From a virus (Duplodnaviria > Caudoviricetes): DNA of 64,000 nt. Positions 52,521 through 62,260 of the stretch are shown in pieces; the stretch's first letter is position 1; every line of letters begins with the position of its first letter. The stretch is taken from positions 1 through 64,000 of IMG/VR virus record IMGVR_UViG_2974630879_000001; one strand, given 5' to 3'. The translations under genes were made by a program, and so were the position numbers. The notes beneath the pieces are model-generated. The model made no database searches and was not told the origin of the DNA. It saw only the letters and a program-made list of their open reading frames with translations.

Positions 52521-54560
52521 TTACGGTGCACCGACCGGAATGAACATGTCTTGATTCGCCTGGGCTTGTCGGAGAATCTCCGTTGCCCGGTTGAATGAAC
52601 CACCTCGACTCTCAGCCACCGGTTCCGGCGTTGTACGCTGGAAGTCAGGACGCAACTGTGGCAGTGCCCGCTGCGCTTCCTGGATGGAGTCAAGTTGCTG
52701 ACGTGCAGCTTGAACCCTGGCTTGGTAGCGAGGCAACTGAGCACGCAAGCCCGGTTGAGTTGCAGCACGTTGAGTCATTGCAGCCAACTGGGACACAGCA
52801 TCGTTGTATGCAACTTGAGCAGTCTGCAAGCGAGCAGCCACCGCTCCCGTTTCCTGATTAGAAACAAAGTTGGTGAACTGACTGCCATTACGCAGACTTT
52901 CAATAGCAGCATCGATCCCATCATCGTTCAGGCGTACACCGTTACCGAGATTTGGGCTGGACCGAATTGGTGATAGCAAACGGTTAATTCCGTATTGCAA
53001 GTACTCTGATGCAGACCCAGGAGCGTTGGTAATGTTTCGACGAAGTACAGCAGCAGCAGTTGCAGCATTGACGTTACCTTGAGACATCACACGCTGAATT
53101 TCTCGCATGATGTCACCACGGTTCGACCCAGAGAACGAACCATTCTCACCCGTCAATTCATCAACCACCTGACCGGCATCGCGGTTATCTGCAACAGTTG
53201 TGCCAAAGTCGTTGCTGATACCAGTAGCATTGTTCTGCATTGCTCGCGTCAAAACTTCGGCAGTACCGGAATTCGTCTGCATCACTTCATTGGCAACACT
53301 GCCAACTGCTTGACCAACTTCTGCTTGTGAGATGCGTTGACGCATTTCATCCCAAGACAGATCTTTATAAGCACCCGGCTTGGAGTCAGGCAATGCAGCC
53401 CAAGTATCCTTGAGGTTGCCATTCTTACGTGCATCGAAGATTGCCTTGCCGATCTTGTCCTGATTCTCAGGCGTGAACGGTTGACTCTTCCAATCAGCAC
53501 CAAGCACCTTAGGACCGAAGTCTTCAAGAGTGCCCTTGTTGATTTGAAATGCACCGAGGGGGCTGTGACCCTGACTGCTGATCATCCCAGCTTGATGATT
53601 GATGACATCACCGATCGCCATCTGCGTAATAGGACGTGGCGTAGCCTGGAACTGGAACGTGGTGTCGTAAGGGCTACCTTGACGAGTACCAGCAGTACCC
53701 GGAGCAGAAGTAATGCCACCGGCAGAAGCGCCAGCACTTGCACCACCTGAACCAAGGGGACCGTAAGTACCTGGGAATGCAGCCTGTACGAGACGAGTTG
53801 CTTGAGCACGAATATTCGGATCAAGGTTGGTCATGCTTTCCAAAGACGCACGAGCATCTTCTGCACCCGCAGACATTCGCAGAACATCATTAGCAATGGT
53901 CTGTGCCTTGCGTGATTCGGTATCATTACGCTGATCAATACTGAGGTTGTACTTATCCTTAGCGAGACCAAACTCACCAGTGCGTTGACCGAGTTCACCT
54001 CGGGTAAGACCTTGCGTATTCTGCGCCAATGCCATTGACTGATCGGCATTGAGTTGCTGAAGCACTGGAGCATACTGCTGTTGCAACTGAGCAACTTCAG
54101 CTTGATTGCCTCGACGTGCTGCATCAGTAATACGATTCACTGCTTCACGAGCAGCATCAGTACGGGTATTCGAATCCACAGTACGGTTGAAACCATACTG
54201 GTCTTGTTCCAGATTGAATGCACCTTGTTGCAATTGCTGACGAGTACGGTCTTGGTTCAAACGAGAACCAACTTGATCTTGCAATCCAGTCAAGACACTT
54301 GCAGACAAGCGATTCGGGTTGATGCCTTGAAGCAATGAACCATCAGCCAGTGCACCACTAAGACCAGCAGCATCTTGCTGACGCAATGCACGCATCAATA
54401 CTTCTTGATCAGCAGCTTGCGTCTGTTGACCGCGCAGCATATTAATGGTGCTGTTGGCTGCGCCAAATGCGTTGTTCAACTGATCATTGAACAACTGTAG
54501 TCCACGCATGGAACTACTGAAGTCCGGTGCATCAATAGGACGATATTGAAGAGTGGCCAT
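52521..54560 (-). CDS. Virion/ejected protein (N4 gp51-like) with a lysozyme-like domain
   Basis: YDTTF...GAFQINKGTL...FTPENQDKIG muramidase-like segment; Gln/Ala-rich. Confidence 0.75.
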   Translation of the reverse strand: MATLQYRPIDAPDFSSSMRGLQLFNDQLNNAFGAANSTINMLRGQQTQAADQEVLMRALRQQDAAGLSGALADGSLLQGINPNRLSASVLTGLQDQVGSRLNQDRTRQQLQQGAFNLEQDQYGFNRTVDSNTRTDAAREAVNRITDAARRGNQAEVAQLQQQYAPVLQQLNADQSMALAQNTQGLTRGELGQRTGEFGLAKDKYNLSIDQRNDTESRKAQTIANDVLRMSAGAEDARASLESMTNLDPNIRAQATRLVQAAFPGTYGPLGSGGASAGASAGGITSAPGTAGTRQGSPYDTTFQFQATPRPITQMAIGDVINHQAGMISSQGHSPLGAFQINKGTLEDFGPKVLGADWKSQPFTPENQDKIGKAIFDARKNGNLKDTWAALPDSKPGAYKDLSWDEMRQRISQAEVGQAVGSVANEVMQTNSGTAEVLTRAMQNNATGISNDFGTTVADNRDAGQVVDELTGENGSFSGSNRGDIMREIQRVMSQGNVNAATAAAVLRRNITNAPGSASEYLQYGINRLLSPIRSSPNLGNGVRLNDDGIDAAIESLRNGSQFTNFVSNQETGAVAARLQTAQVAYNDAVSQLAAMTQRAATQPGLRAQLPRYQARVQAARQQLDSIQEAQRALPQLRPDFQRTTPEPVAESRGGSFNRATEILRQAQANQDMFIPVGAP

Positions 54561-54569
54561 CTGTATTCC

Positions 54570-55073
54570 TTACGAACGAGTCAGACGATTTTGATCAACA
54601 TACTGATCACGTTCTGCATCAGACTGACCTTCAACAACAGCACGAGAACGTGCACGATCAGCAAGTGCCGTGTTGTAGGTTTGCATTGAGTTGTTGAGAT
54701 TCGTGTTAGCGAAGCTCTTGCTGAAATTGAACTGATCACGTGCCAGCTTGTTGGCCTGGAATGCACCATACAAGCCACCCAGAGTTTGAAGACCACCCAG
54801 ACCAAGCTGGAGGGTATTCATGTTCCAACCAAGACCTGAACCGCCTGCACCCATACCACCAATGCCAGCTACCCCTGCACCACCTTGAGCAGGAACGAAG
54901 CCAGCACCGTTGGCTCCGTAGTTGGTTGCTGGCAAATCCGCCATGCCAGTTGGACGACCCAGACCGTACGAGCCTGAGAAGATGTCCGTACCACCTGTGA
55001 TGGAGTTGGTACCAAAGTTGAGATTGGCTAGTGCCGGGTAGCTGGACTGCCAATCTTGAAGAGTCGTTGCCAT
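54570..55073 (-). CDS. Structural protein (N4 gp52-like)
   Basis: Gly-rich; GGLQTLGGLYGAFQANKLARDQFNF; synteny. Confidence 0.75.
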   Translation of the reverse strand: MATTLQDWQSSYPALANLNFGTNSITGGTDIFSGSYGLGRPTGMADLPATNYGANGAGFVPAQGGAGVAGIGGMGAGGSGLGWNMNTLQLGLGGLQTLGGLYGAFQANKLARDQFNFSKSFANTNLNNSMQTYNTALADRARSRAVVEGQSDAERDQYVDQNRLTRS

Positions 55074-55084
55074 TGGCGTTGCCT

Positions 55085-57763
55085 TTACGTTTGAAGATTT
55101 GTCGAAAGAGTCAGGTCAGAGAAGTTGCCGAGCATGTCCAGACTCAGACCTGCAATATCACTTCCTACCATTAGAGTCCGCTCAAGGAACGATGCCGGAC
55201 TTTCCGGGATATAGCTCCGTGCTGCCTCAGTCAAGGAGAGGGGGTCAATGACGCCCTTGTTCACCCCGAATGCTTCGGCGTATGCCTGAGCAATCGCCTC
55301 AGATTCTACCTTATAACCCTCGATGATCTTCTGGGTCTCTAGCAAGATATCTTGGGTAGAAGCGTTCACATAGTTCGTGTAGGCGTTCAGGCCGGTATTG
55401 GTCAGAGCTAGCAGGTTGTCAGCCCGCATCATATTGGCAAAACCGCTAGCCATAGACTGACCAGTAGCCATTGCTGTGCCTACATTCAAGACAACGAAGG
55501 CAGCAATTACAGCAACGATAGCACCAATCTTTTCACCAAACAGAGCAACCGCAGCTCTTTGAATAATAGATACCAGGATCATTGCAGCAATGGCATTAGC
55601 AATAGCACCCACAACAATGGCTGCTACACCTGTCAAACCAATCGCTGCACCTACCGCAGCACTTGAACCAAGGATGCCAGCAGAAGCAGCGGCGCCAGCA
55701 CCAGCGGTATAGATACTGATGATGATGATTACAATAATCAGAACTACCTTGAACAAGCCAGTCTGGTACCACTTCTTCTTCACTACCTGATAGCAGTTGA
55801 AGACGATGAAGCTACATGCAGTAGCCATCTGAGTGGACCTCGTTAGAGGCATTGATTGGTAAATACCCTCATGCAGTGGAATGATGAAACCTGATTCATC
55901 TGTATCGACAAGAGCATCAGCAGCATCAATCTCAACTGCTTTGCCTTTGTAGATTTCATTACGATGAAGCAAGCCACGGACATTCATGATTCGGTACGAA
56001 TCATTTTCATCCTGCCAATAGAGGTTGATGTCGTTGACTGAGATGTTATCCAACACTCCCCAGATACCACCGACGTAACCTAGCTCAGCAAAGATCTCGT
56101 TCACTCCACGACTGAACCATAGATCACCCTTCTTGGCTCCAGGGCGACCATGCCCAGTATGCTCAGTTTCAGTGATCCCATTCCAACTGATCGTGATGTT
56201 GTAATTCATCACGTTGTTTTTGTCCGAACGAATCTTGATTTCGTTCGTAGGCATTGGAGGATACGGTTGTTGTACCGGCTCCGGAGTGCCATAGAGTGGA
56301 TTGGTAGAATCAGCCTGAGCTGCTTTCCAAGTAGACCATTGCTTCAGAGATGCATCTGCTGCATCCCAAGCAAGCTTCCATGCAGTGTACTCACCGTCAG
56401 TACCGACACTGGCAACTTCCAAAATTGACTTGAAGAACCTGTAGACATACTCACGGCATGCAACTTCCTTGACATTGAGGGAAACGCCAAACACGCTGTA
56501 AGCGTAGTCAATGTCTTTCAGACTTTCATTGTCTTTAATCTTTTCGATGATGTCATCGTACTTACCAGTCGTGCTCTTTTTCAGAGCCTTCTTGGAAGCT
56601 TCGTAAACATCAGGCAAATTCGTTGGAGAAATGAATTCGTTGTTGATCCGGTAAGGAATGAAAGGAAAAAATTGTTGCTCACCTGTGCGTGGGTTGAACA
56701 TTGCATCAAGCACTGCATTACCAGAGCCACGACGGTAGATGAAAACTTGTGCATCACTCCAACTAGACTCAATCGTTTCTTGCGTATCGATACGATAAGA
56801 CCGCTGAACACTTAGGTTCTGAGTAGTGGTTGTCGTCTTAGTGGTCTTGGTTACTCCACCACCGATATCCTCATCAGCAGATACCACAGTCACAGCTTCC
56901 GTTACATCACGGACCTGATCTTGATACATAGTCGATTCGACAGAGTAGGTCGAATCACTATCAGGCTTGTTGCCTTTGAACTCATCCTTCATATAGACAC
57001 GATGAATTTCCTGATAGGTTTCGGTTCGAGTCGTACTCGATTTCGAATGCTCAGCAGGACGACCATCAGAATAGGTCACATCTTTTTCAATATCAGTCAC
57101 CAGATCAACGTCAGTATTCACTACTGAATTGTTGATCTCTTCCCAACCATCGGTGGATGGATATGGCTCACCTTGAGCCAAGACGACAATATCACCAGGA
57201 ACGGTAGGTTGCTGTTCTGGATCATTTGCAAGCAGATACGTTGCGTAGAGATATCGACTTGTGTCGATGAAGTCAGCAGCAACGAAACTGTAGGTAACAA
57301 CATCATTGAACAGAATGCGGATCGTCTGACCTTCAATGTCAGCAGTCCAATCTTCATTGATTTGATCAGGATGGTTTTCAAGCATCCAACGATCAGCCCA
57401 GTAGGTGTAATCAGCATCGCCAATTTTCACCGACTGAACTTGTACTTGTTGGTTTGCTGCATGTGGAATTTGTTCTTTCAGAACATTGATATCCACAGAG
57501 TTACCCACGGAAATACTGCCGGTCACTAGACCGACAGTATCCGTATAACCAGTACGGCGAGACCAACGAGCAAAGCTTCGGAAACGAATTGCAGGACCAT
57601 TGAGATAGCTGTTCGTAATCGTTTGTCCGAGGCTAGGAACATTGTTCAGTACACCGCCTAGGACAGTTGTCTTCAAGTACGACGGGCGCTCATTCTCATC
57701 GCCAGCCATGTTGTAGACGACTGAACTAACGTAGGTCTTCTTTCGACTTCCGAAGATACCCAT
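55085..57763 (-). CDS. Structural protein (N4 gp53-like) with hydrophobic segments
   Basis: MGIFGSRKKTYVSSVVYN; CYQVVKKKWYQT followed by TM-like stretches. Confidence 0.8.
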   Translation of the reverse strand: MGIFGSRKKTYVSSVVYNMAGDENERPSYLKTTVLGGVLNNVPSLGQTITNSYLNGPAIRFRSFARWSRRTGYTDTVGLVTGSISVGNSVDINVLKEQIPHAANQQVQVQSVKIGDADYTYWADRWMLENHPDQINEDWTADIEGQTIRILFNDVVTYSFVAADFIDTSRYLYATYLLANDPEQQPTVPGDIVVLAQGEPYPSTDGWEEINNSVVNTDVDLVTDIEKDVTYSDGRPAEHSKSSTTRTETYQEIHRVYMKDEFKGNKPDSDSTYSVESTMYQDQVRDVTEAVTVVSADEDIGGGVTKTTKTTTTTQNLSVQRSYRIDTQETIESSWSDAQVFIYRRGSGNAVLDAMFNPRTGEQQFFPFIPYRINNEFISPTNLPDVYEASKKALKKSTTGKYDDIIEKIKDNESLKDIDYAYSVFGVSLNVKEVACREYVYRFFKSILEVASVGTDGEYTAWKLAWDAADASLKQWSTWKAAQADSTNPLYGTPEPVQQPYPPMPTNEIKIRSDKNNVMNYNITISWNGITETEHTGHGRPGAKKGDLWFSRGVNEIFAELGYVGGIWGVLDNISVNDINLYWQDENDSYRIMNVRGLLHRNEIYKGKAVEIDAADALVDTDESGFIIPLHEGIYQSMPLTRSTQMATACSFIVFNCYQVVKKKWYQTGLFKVVLIIVIIIISIYTAGAGAAASAGILGSSAAVGAAIGLTGVAAIVVGAIANAIAAMILVSIIQRAAVALFGEKIGAIVAVIAAFVVLNVGTAMATGQSMASGFANMMRADNLLALTNTGLNAYTNYVNASTQDILLETQKIIEGYKVESEAIAQAYAEAFGVNKGVIDPLSLTEAARSYIPESPASFLERTLMVGSDIAGLSLDMLGNFSDLTLSTNLQT

Positions 57764-58602
57764 TACTCAAATCCATTCTTGGTCATGATGGTGCTCAACA
57801 CCTTATCCAGATTGGCATTGGTAAAGCCATCCGGAGGAGTCAGACCTTCATCAATGGTCTTCATAGCAATCCATGCATCAATGAATGGACGACCGGCCTT
57901 GATTTCAGCATCACGCTGGTAGCTCGTAATCTGTTGTGAGTACAGCTCACGTTGCTTACCAACAGAACCAGCAACCGCAGAACCATCGGTGCGAGTATCC
58001 AAAGTCTGTGCACGCTGCACCTCAGCCTGTTCTTTCACCAGTGCCCACTGAGCCGGCAGGATATTGCCGAGGTTGTAAGTAGCAGTACCGAAAGCCTGAT
58101 CTTCAGTAGCCAGCTTCATCGTAGTCAGTGCATACGTTGCACCAGAAGTCTGGGCATCCAGAACAACCTTGGCGTACTCAGCCTTTGCAGTCTGGGTCTG
58201 GATCAATGCAGAGAATGCCTGCAGCTGTGCAACCTGTGCTTGCCAGAACGCTTGATCTTTCTGAAGCAAGAACTGTGTTGCATTCTGCATGACACTCTCA
58301 ACCAGAGAGATGTATGCCTTGGTGTAATCACCAGCGGTAATACGACCCGCTTGATATTCCATCAGCAGATGCTGCTTGGCACTCGACATCAGCTTGTCGA
58401 ATACACCATCACCAGTTGGGCAACCATCACTCAGATCCTTCAGGTTGACTGAAGGGATGCTTTTAAACAGAGCACTGTTTGCATCAATCGGCAACTTCCA
58501 GATCGGGTCATCCCAATCAATATCCGGAAGTTGAATGTTCAGATCTTCAATCAAATACGTGAGGATGCTCTTTGCATCCTGTTCGCCATGTTGACGTGCC
58601 AT
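57763..58602 (-). CDS. Structural protein (N4 gp54-like)
   Basis: GDGVFDKLM, GSVGKQRELYSQQITSYQRD; synteny. Confidence 0.8.
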   Translation of the reverse strand: MARQHGEQDAKSILTYLIEDLNIQLPDIDWDDPIWKLPIDANSALFKSIPSVNLKDLSDGCPTGDGVFDKLMSSAKQHLLMEYQAGRITAGDYTKAYISLVESVMQNATQFLLQKDQAFWQAQVAQLQAFSALIQTQTAKAEYAKVVLDAQTSGATYALTTMKLATEDQAFGTATYNLGNILPAQWALVKEQAEVQRAQTLDTRTDGSAVAGSVGKQRELYSQQITSYQRDAEIKAGRPFIDAWIAMKTIDEGLTPPDGFTNANLDKVLSTIMTKNGFE

Positions 58603-58619
58603 GTCTTGATCCGTGTAGA

Positions 58620-58657
58620 AAGAAAAAAGCCCACTGAACCAAGAAGGTCAGTGGGCC
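58620..58657 (-). terminator. Terminator (minus strand)
   Basis: GCCCACTG..ACC/GGT..CAGTGGGC hairpin followed on the minus strand by TTTTTTCT. Confidence 0.7.
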
Positions 58658-58680
58658 TAGTTTACTGCCTTCAGGTCAGC

Positions 58681-59307
58681 TTAGCCGACTTCCGAAGTAC
58701 CAGCTGCAAGCTGAGCAGTGGCCAGCTGCTTGAGTTCTGCTGGGGTCAGATCGGGCAGATCTTCGATACCAAATTCAGCAGCAAGACGAGTGGTCACCAG
58801 AACCTGACCAGTACCCTTCACAGTCTTGGTTCGAATGTCCACATACTTGCGGGACTTCATCAGATCATAGATGGCTTGCTCAATATGCCAGCCATTGTCG
58901 GTGGTCTCACCGAAGGGAACGAATCGCTTGATCGTGCCCATGTAGTTATTGCCTACGGTGAAAAACTCACCGGGCAAATCACGCTTATTCGGGTTGTGAC
59001 AGGTAATACGTACACGACGAAGTTTGCTCGCCTTGCTACGCAGCAGCGTATGCAGCGACACAGGCTTCGCAGGTGCATCTGGTGTAGAAGTACCGGGCAT
59101 AGGCTGAGCAGCCCGCTCCTGCGTTAGTGCCTTGCCTGACATAGCGGCTTCCAACTGAGCACGCAAAGTTTCCAGGCTGGCATTGTTTGACGGGGTTTGA
59201 CCCATCGTCTTCAGGCGTGCACGAAGCACTGCCTTCTCTTCATTATCACGCTGTTCCGGAGTCATATCCTGCGGGTCCAGCGATTCGGTGTTCTGTTGTT
59301 CGCTCAT
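58681..59307 (-). CDS. N4 gp55-like protein
   Basis: RVRITCHNPNKRDLPGEFFTVGN; downstream of the MCP. Confidence 0.8.
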   Translation of the reverse strand: MSEQQNTESLDPQDMTPEQRDNEEKAVLRARLKTMGQTPSNNASLETLRAQLEAAMSGKALTQERAAQPMPGTSTPDAPAKPVSLHTLLRSKASKLRRVRITCHNPNKRDLPGEFFTVGNNYMGTIKRFVPFGETTDNGWHIEQAIYDLMKSRKYVDIRTKTVKGTGQVLVTTRLAAEFGIEDLPDLTPAELKQLATAQLAAGTSEVG

Positions 59308-59376
59308 GGCTGCTGCTTTCTCTATATGAAATTGAAGATGGGGAGATCACTCTCCCCATCTTGGTTCCGCTGCCGA

Positions 59377-60612
59377 TTAGATCGGAGCAACGGTCTTGAT
59401 CAAACCCAGACGTTCCGGGCGCTTGATCAGGATACCGTAGTACCACTTGATCGAGCTGAAACCAGTCTCACCATACGGGTCATTACGATCCGCAGTGTCC
59501 TTACCAGGAACCTTGGTGATGACCGAGAACTTCACGGTCTTGCCATCGGTCTGGAAGCCAATGGTGGTGAATGCATCGTCGCCGACAACCAGCATCGGGA
59601 AGATGTCATAACGTTCTTCACCAGCACTGTTGGTGCTCGAACGGTAGCCAGGGTTGTTACCAACTTCGGCACCCTTCGCAGCCCAGTGCAGCATTTCCGG
59701 AACCTGGATGATACGGAACGAGTCGATGGTACCGATCTCGCCGTTCATGATGGTGCCGGCATTACCGTAGTGCTGGATCTCGACGAACGCCTTGTTACCA
59801 AACAGGTCCGTCATGCCCTTCAGCAGCGGAGCCAGCTCAGAACCCACGTAGATCACGCGAGTAGCACCGATCACCTTGGTATCGATCAAACGCGAACCAG
59901 TGATGATGGTGGTCTGCGTCGGAGTACGCAGATCGGTCAGGGTCTGATCCAGACGCATCAGCAGACGGTAGTCCACCAACGAAGCCGGAATCTCCGGGTT
60001 GCCGTTGGCAGCAGGAGTCACTTCACCAGTGACTTCGCCATCATTGGTCGCAGCACCAGCATAAAACACGGTACCAGCCATCGACAGCAGGTCGGCTTGC
60101 AGCACAGCTTCAGTCAGCTGCACAGCACCGTTCATCAGCTCACGGCTCAGGTGATCCTTCAGCTCATCGTCCGAGTCGAAGTCCACAGATTCCTGGGTCC
60201 ACTCGTAGAAGAAGCCGAACTTGTGCAGGCTACCTTCGCGTTCCAGACGGGTGAAGCCAACTCGGTTCACACGACCACCGTTCTCGGTCAGAGTCGGCAG
60301 CTTCGAGGTGATCACACCGATGTCCTTCGACGAACCGTACAGATTGCCATTGGCAATGCTGACACCGTTTGCGTCGATGCCTTGATCGTTGATGTTGCGA
60401 TCATCCAGCAGCGGAACGTAGTAATAGACCTTGATCTTCTTGCCGTAGTTCTTCGGCATGTTGGTGACGTTGGCCAGCGGCATGAAGTACTGATCACGAC
60501 GTGACTCGATGATCGACTTCTTGAGCCACATGAAGGTGTTCATCTGGTCGGAACCAGCACCGTCGATGCTCGACTTGTCGCCCTCGGCGGGGGCATTGTA
60601 ATTCAGAGGCAT
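59377..60612 (-). CDS. Major capsid protein (N4 gp56-like)
   Basis: [65 protein letters not shown]. Confidence 0.95.
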   Translation of the reverse strand: MPLNYNAPAEGDKSSIDGAGSDQMNTFMWLKKSIIESRRDQYFMPLANVTNMPKNYGKKIKVYYYVPLLDDRNINDQGIDANGVSIANGNLYGSSKDIGVITSKLPTLTENGGRVNRVGFTRLEREGSLHKFGFFYEWTQESVDFDSDDELKDHLSRELMNGAVQLTEAVLQADLLSMAGTVFYAGAATNDGEVTGEVTPAANGNPEIPASLVDYRLLMRLDQTLTDLRTPTQTTIITGSRLIDTKVIGATRVIYVGSELAPLLKGMTDLFGNKAFVEIQHYGNAGTIMNGEIGTIDSFRIIQVPEMLHWAAKGAEVGNNPGYRSSTNSAGEERYDIFPMLVVGDDAFTTIGFQTDGKTVKFSVITKVPGKDTADRNDPYGETGFSSIKWYYGILIKRPERLGLIKTVAPI

Positions 60613-60627
60613 GATCTTCAGATCTCG

Positions 60628-61815
60628 TTACACGCGGCCTGCCATCTGACGTAGAAAGTCGTCGTCGGACATGGCCAGAGGATTGATGGGAGGAGCAGCA
60701 GCTTTTGCTGGCGTGCTACGGGTTACAGCCGCAGCTTGAGCCTTTTCCGATACTGCTTGCTTTGCAGGTTGAGCAACGGTCTTGGCGACAGGTGCCGGTG
60801 CTTGCTTGACCGGTTGGTGGGCAACCGTATTCTTCGCAGCTTCGGCCTGAGCCAATTCGTTACCCACTTCCCGGTAAGCAAGCAAGAACGGAGTAGACAC
60901 AGGGATGACACCCAGAGTACGACGACGATTCACTTCATTGGCAATAACGTCATAGACGCCACTGACACGATGTTCATGGATGGTACGCAATACAGCAGGT
61001 TCATTCCCAACCGCATCGATACTGGCTTGATCCCACTTCAGAGCCTCTGCGATGGTTTCCTTTCCTCGATCCATTGATTGAAGTTCATCAACCGTGGATT
61101 GGAAATCTACCTGCCGATCACTGACGCGATGATTGCCACCTTGATACGTCGATTCTGCATCAACATCGATGTCTCGCGGATCGATGCCAGAATCCTTTAA
61201 CAGCTTCTGGATTGCTGCCTTGTCACCTTTACTGAGGTCAATCAGAAAGGACAACTGGCTTTCATCCGTCAGCTTGTTGTTTTGCAGCATGGTCAGAACG
61301 CGACGATGCGGAGCGAGTTCCTGCATCTTCCGGGTGTAGTTAGCACCCATCTGCATCAGCTGCTTTACTTCTTCAGGACTTTTCAGTTCGACTTTGCGCC
61401 CATTCGCAGTGAATGGCGCCATAAGCTTTTCGTACTCAGCCTTGTAATCCGGGGGAGTCTCGGTAGTACCAGCTCCCTCAACAACCTCACCAGTACCGGA
61501 ACTACCGGTAGCGTCAGGATTGCTGTTGTCCTGAGTGCCCGCTTCCTTGACCGGAGGGGTAGTCTCAGAACCAGGGGCAGGAACAGTGCCGTCTCCCGTA
61601 TCGGACGGCGTGACAGTAGCATTTTCTGCTACTTGCTCGCCAGTGTTTTCAACTTCGGTAACTTGTTGAACTTCTTCAACAACTTCCGGGTTAACAACTT
61701 CTTCGGTGGTCTGGGCACCAGGATCTTCCTGCTGGGTAGCAGCCTGCTCATCCATGAGAGCAGGCACACCCTTATTCAGGAACTCTTCGTCAGACAGTTC
61801 CAAAATACTCGGCAT
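60628..61815 (-). CDS. N4 gp57-like protein (scaffold / tape-measure-annotated)
   Basis: Acidic N-terminus, FTANGR..LMQMGANYTRKMQ, ends MSDDDFL; upstream of the MCP. Confidence 0.8.
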   Translation of the reverse strand: MPSILELSDEEFLNKGVPALMDEQAATQQEDPGAQTTEEVVNPEVVEEVQQVTEVENTGEQVAENATVTPSDTGDGTVPAPGSETTPPVKEAGTQDNSNPDATGSSGTGEVVEGAGTTETPPDYKAEYEKLMAPFTANGRKVELKSPEEVKQLMQMGANYTRKMQELAPHRRVLTMLQNNKLTDESQLSFLIDLSKGDKAAIQKLLKDSGIDPRDIDVDAESTYQGGNHRVSDRQVDFQSTVDELQSMDRGKETIAEALKWDQASIDAVGNEPAVLRTIHEHRVSGVYDVIANEVNRRRTLGVIPVSTPFLLAYREVGNELAQAEAAKNTVAHQPVKQAPAPVAKTVAQPAKQAVSEKAQAAAVTRSTPAKAAAPPINPLAMSDDDFLRQMAGRV

Positions 61816-61820
61816 GAGGA

Positions 61821-62177
61821 TTAAGCCTCGTCACTCTGAGTATCGTCTTCCTGGCGAGACAGCTCGATTTCTTCTTCCAGCTGGGCGATGTTGTTGATCT
61901 CATTCGTGAGCATGCGCTCCTGAGCGAGAATATACATCTCGATACCACCAGTTGCTTGTGCCATCTTCAGGTACTTGGCTTGATCATCCAGACTCTGACC
62001 AGGATGGATACTCATCTGAACCAGACGAGCACACTCGTTCTTGGCATAGTCCGTGAGAATCAGTTCCTTAAAGTCCCGGTTCTGACACAGGCGTTGGAGC
62101 TTTTCCAGCTTGAGCTTGGCTTCTTTAGCCGAATTGAGCTGGCGGACAAGAGCTTCAGTTGTGACTTCAGTCTGCAT
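61821..62177 (-). CDS. N4 gp58-like protein
   Basis: LQRLCQNRDFKELILTDY; between portal and gp57. Confidence 0.75.
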   Translation of the reverse strand: MQTEVTTEALVRQLNSAKEAKLKLEKLQRLCQNRDFKELILTDYAKNECARLVQMSIHPGQSLDDQAKYLKMAQATGGIEMYILAQERMLTNEINNIAQLEEEIELSRQEDDTQSDEA

Positions 62178-62260
62178 GACTAATTGGTCTCGTTGGTGGT
62201 TTTGTAATGGATCGATGAGCCGAGGGCCGGCTCACCTTCCACAATAATAGATCTATGTTG

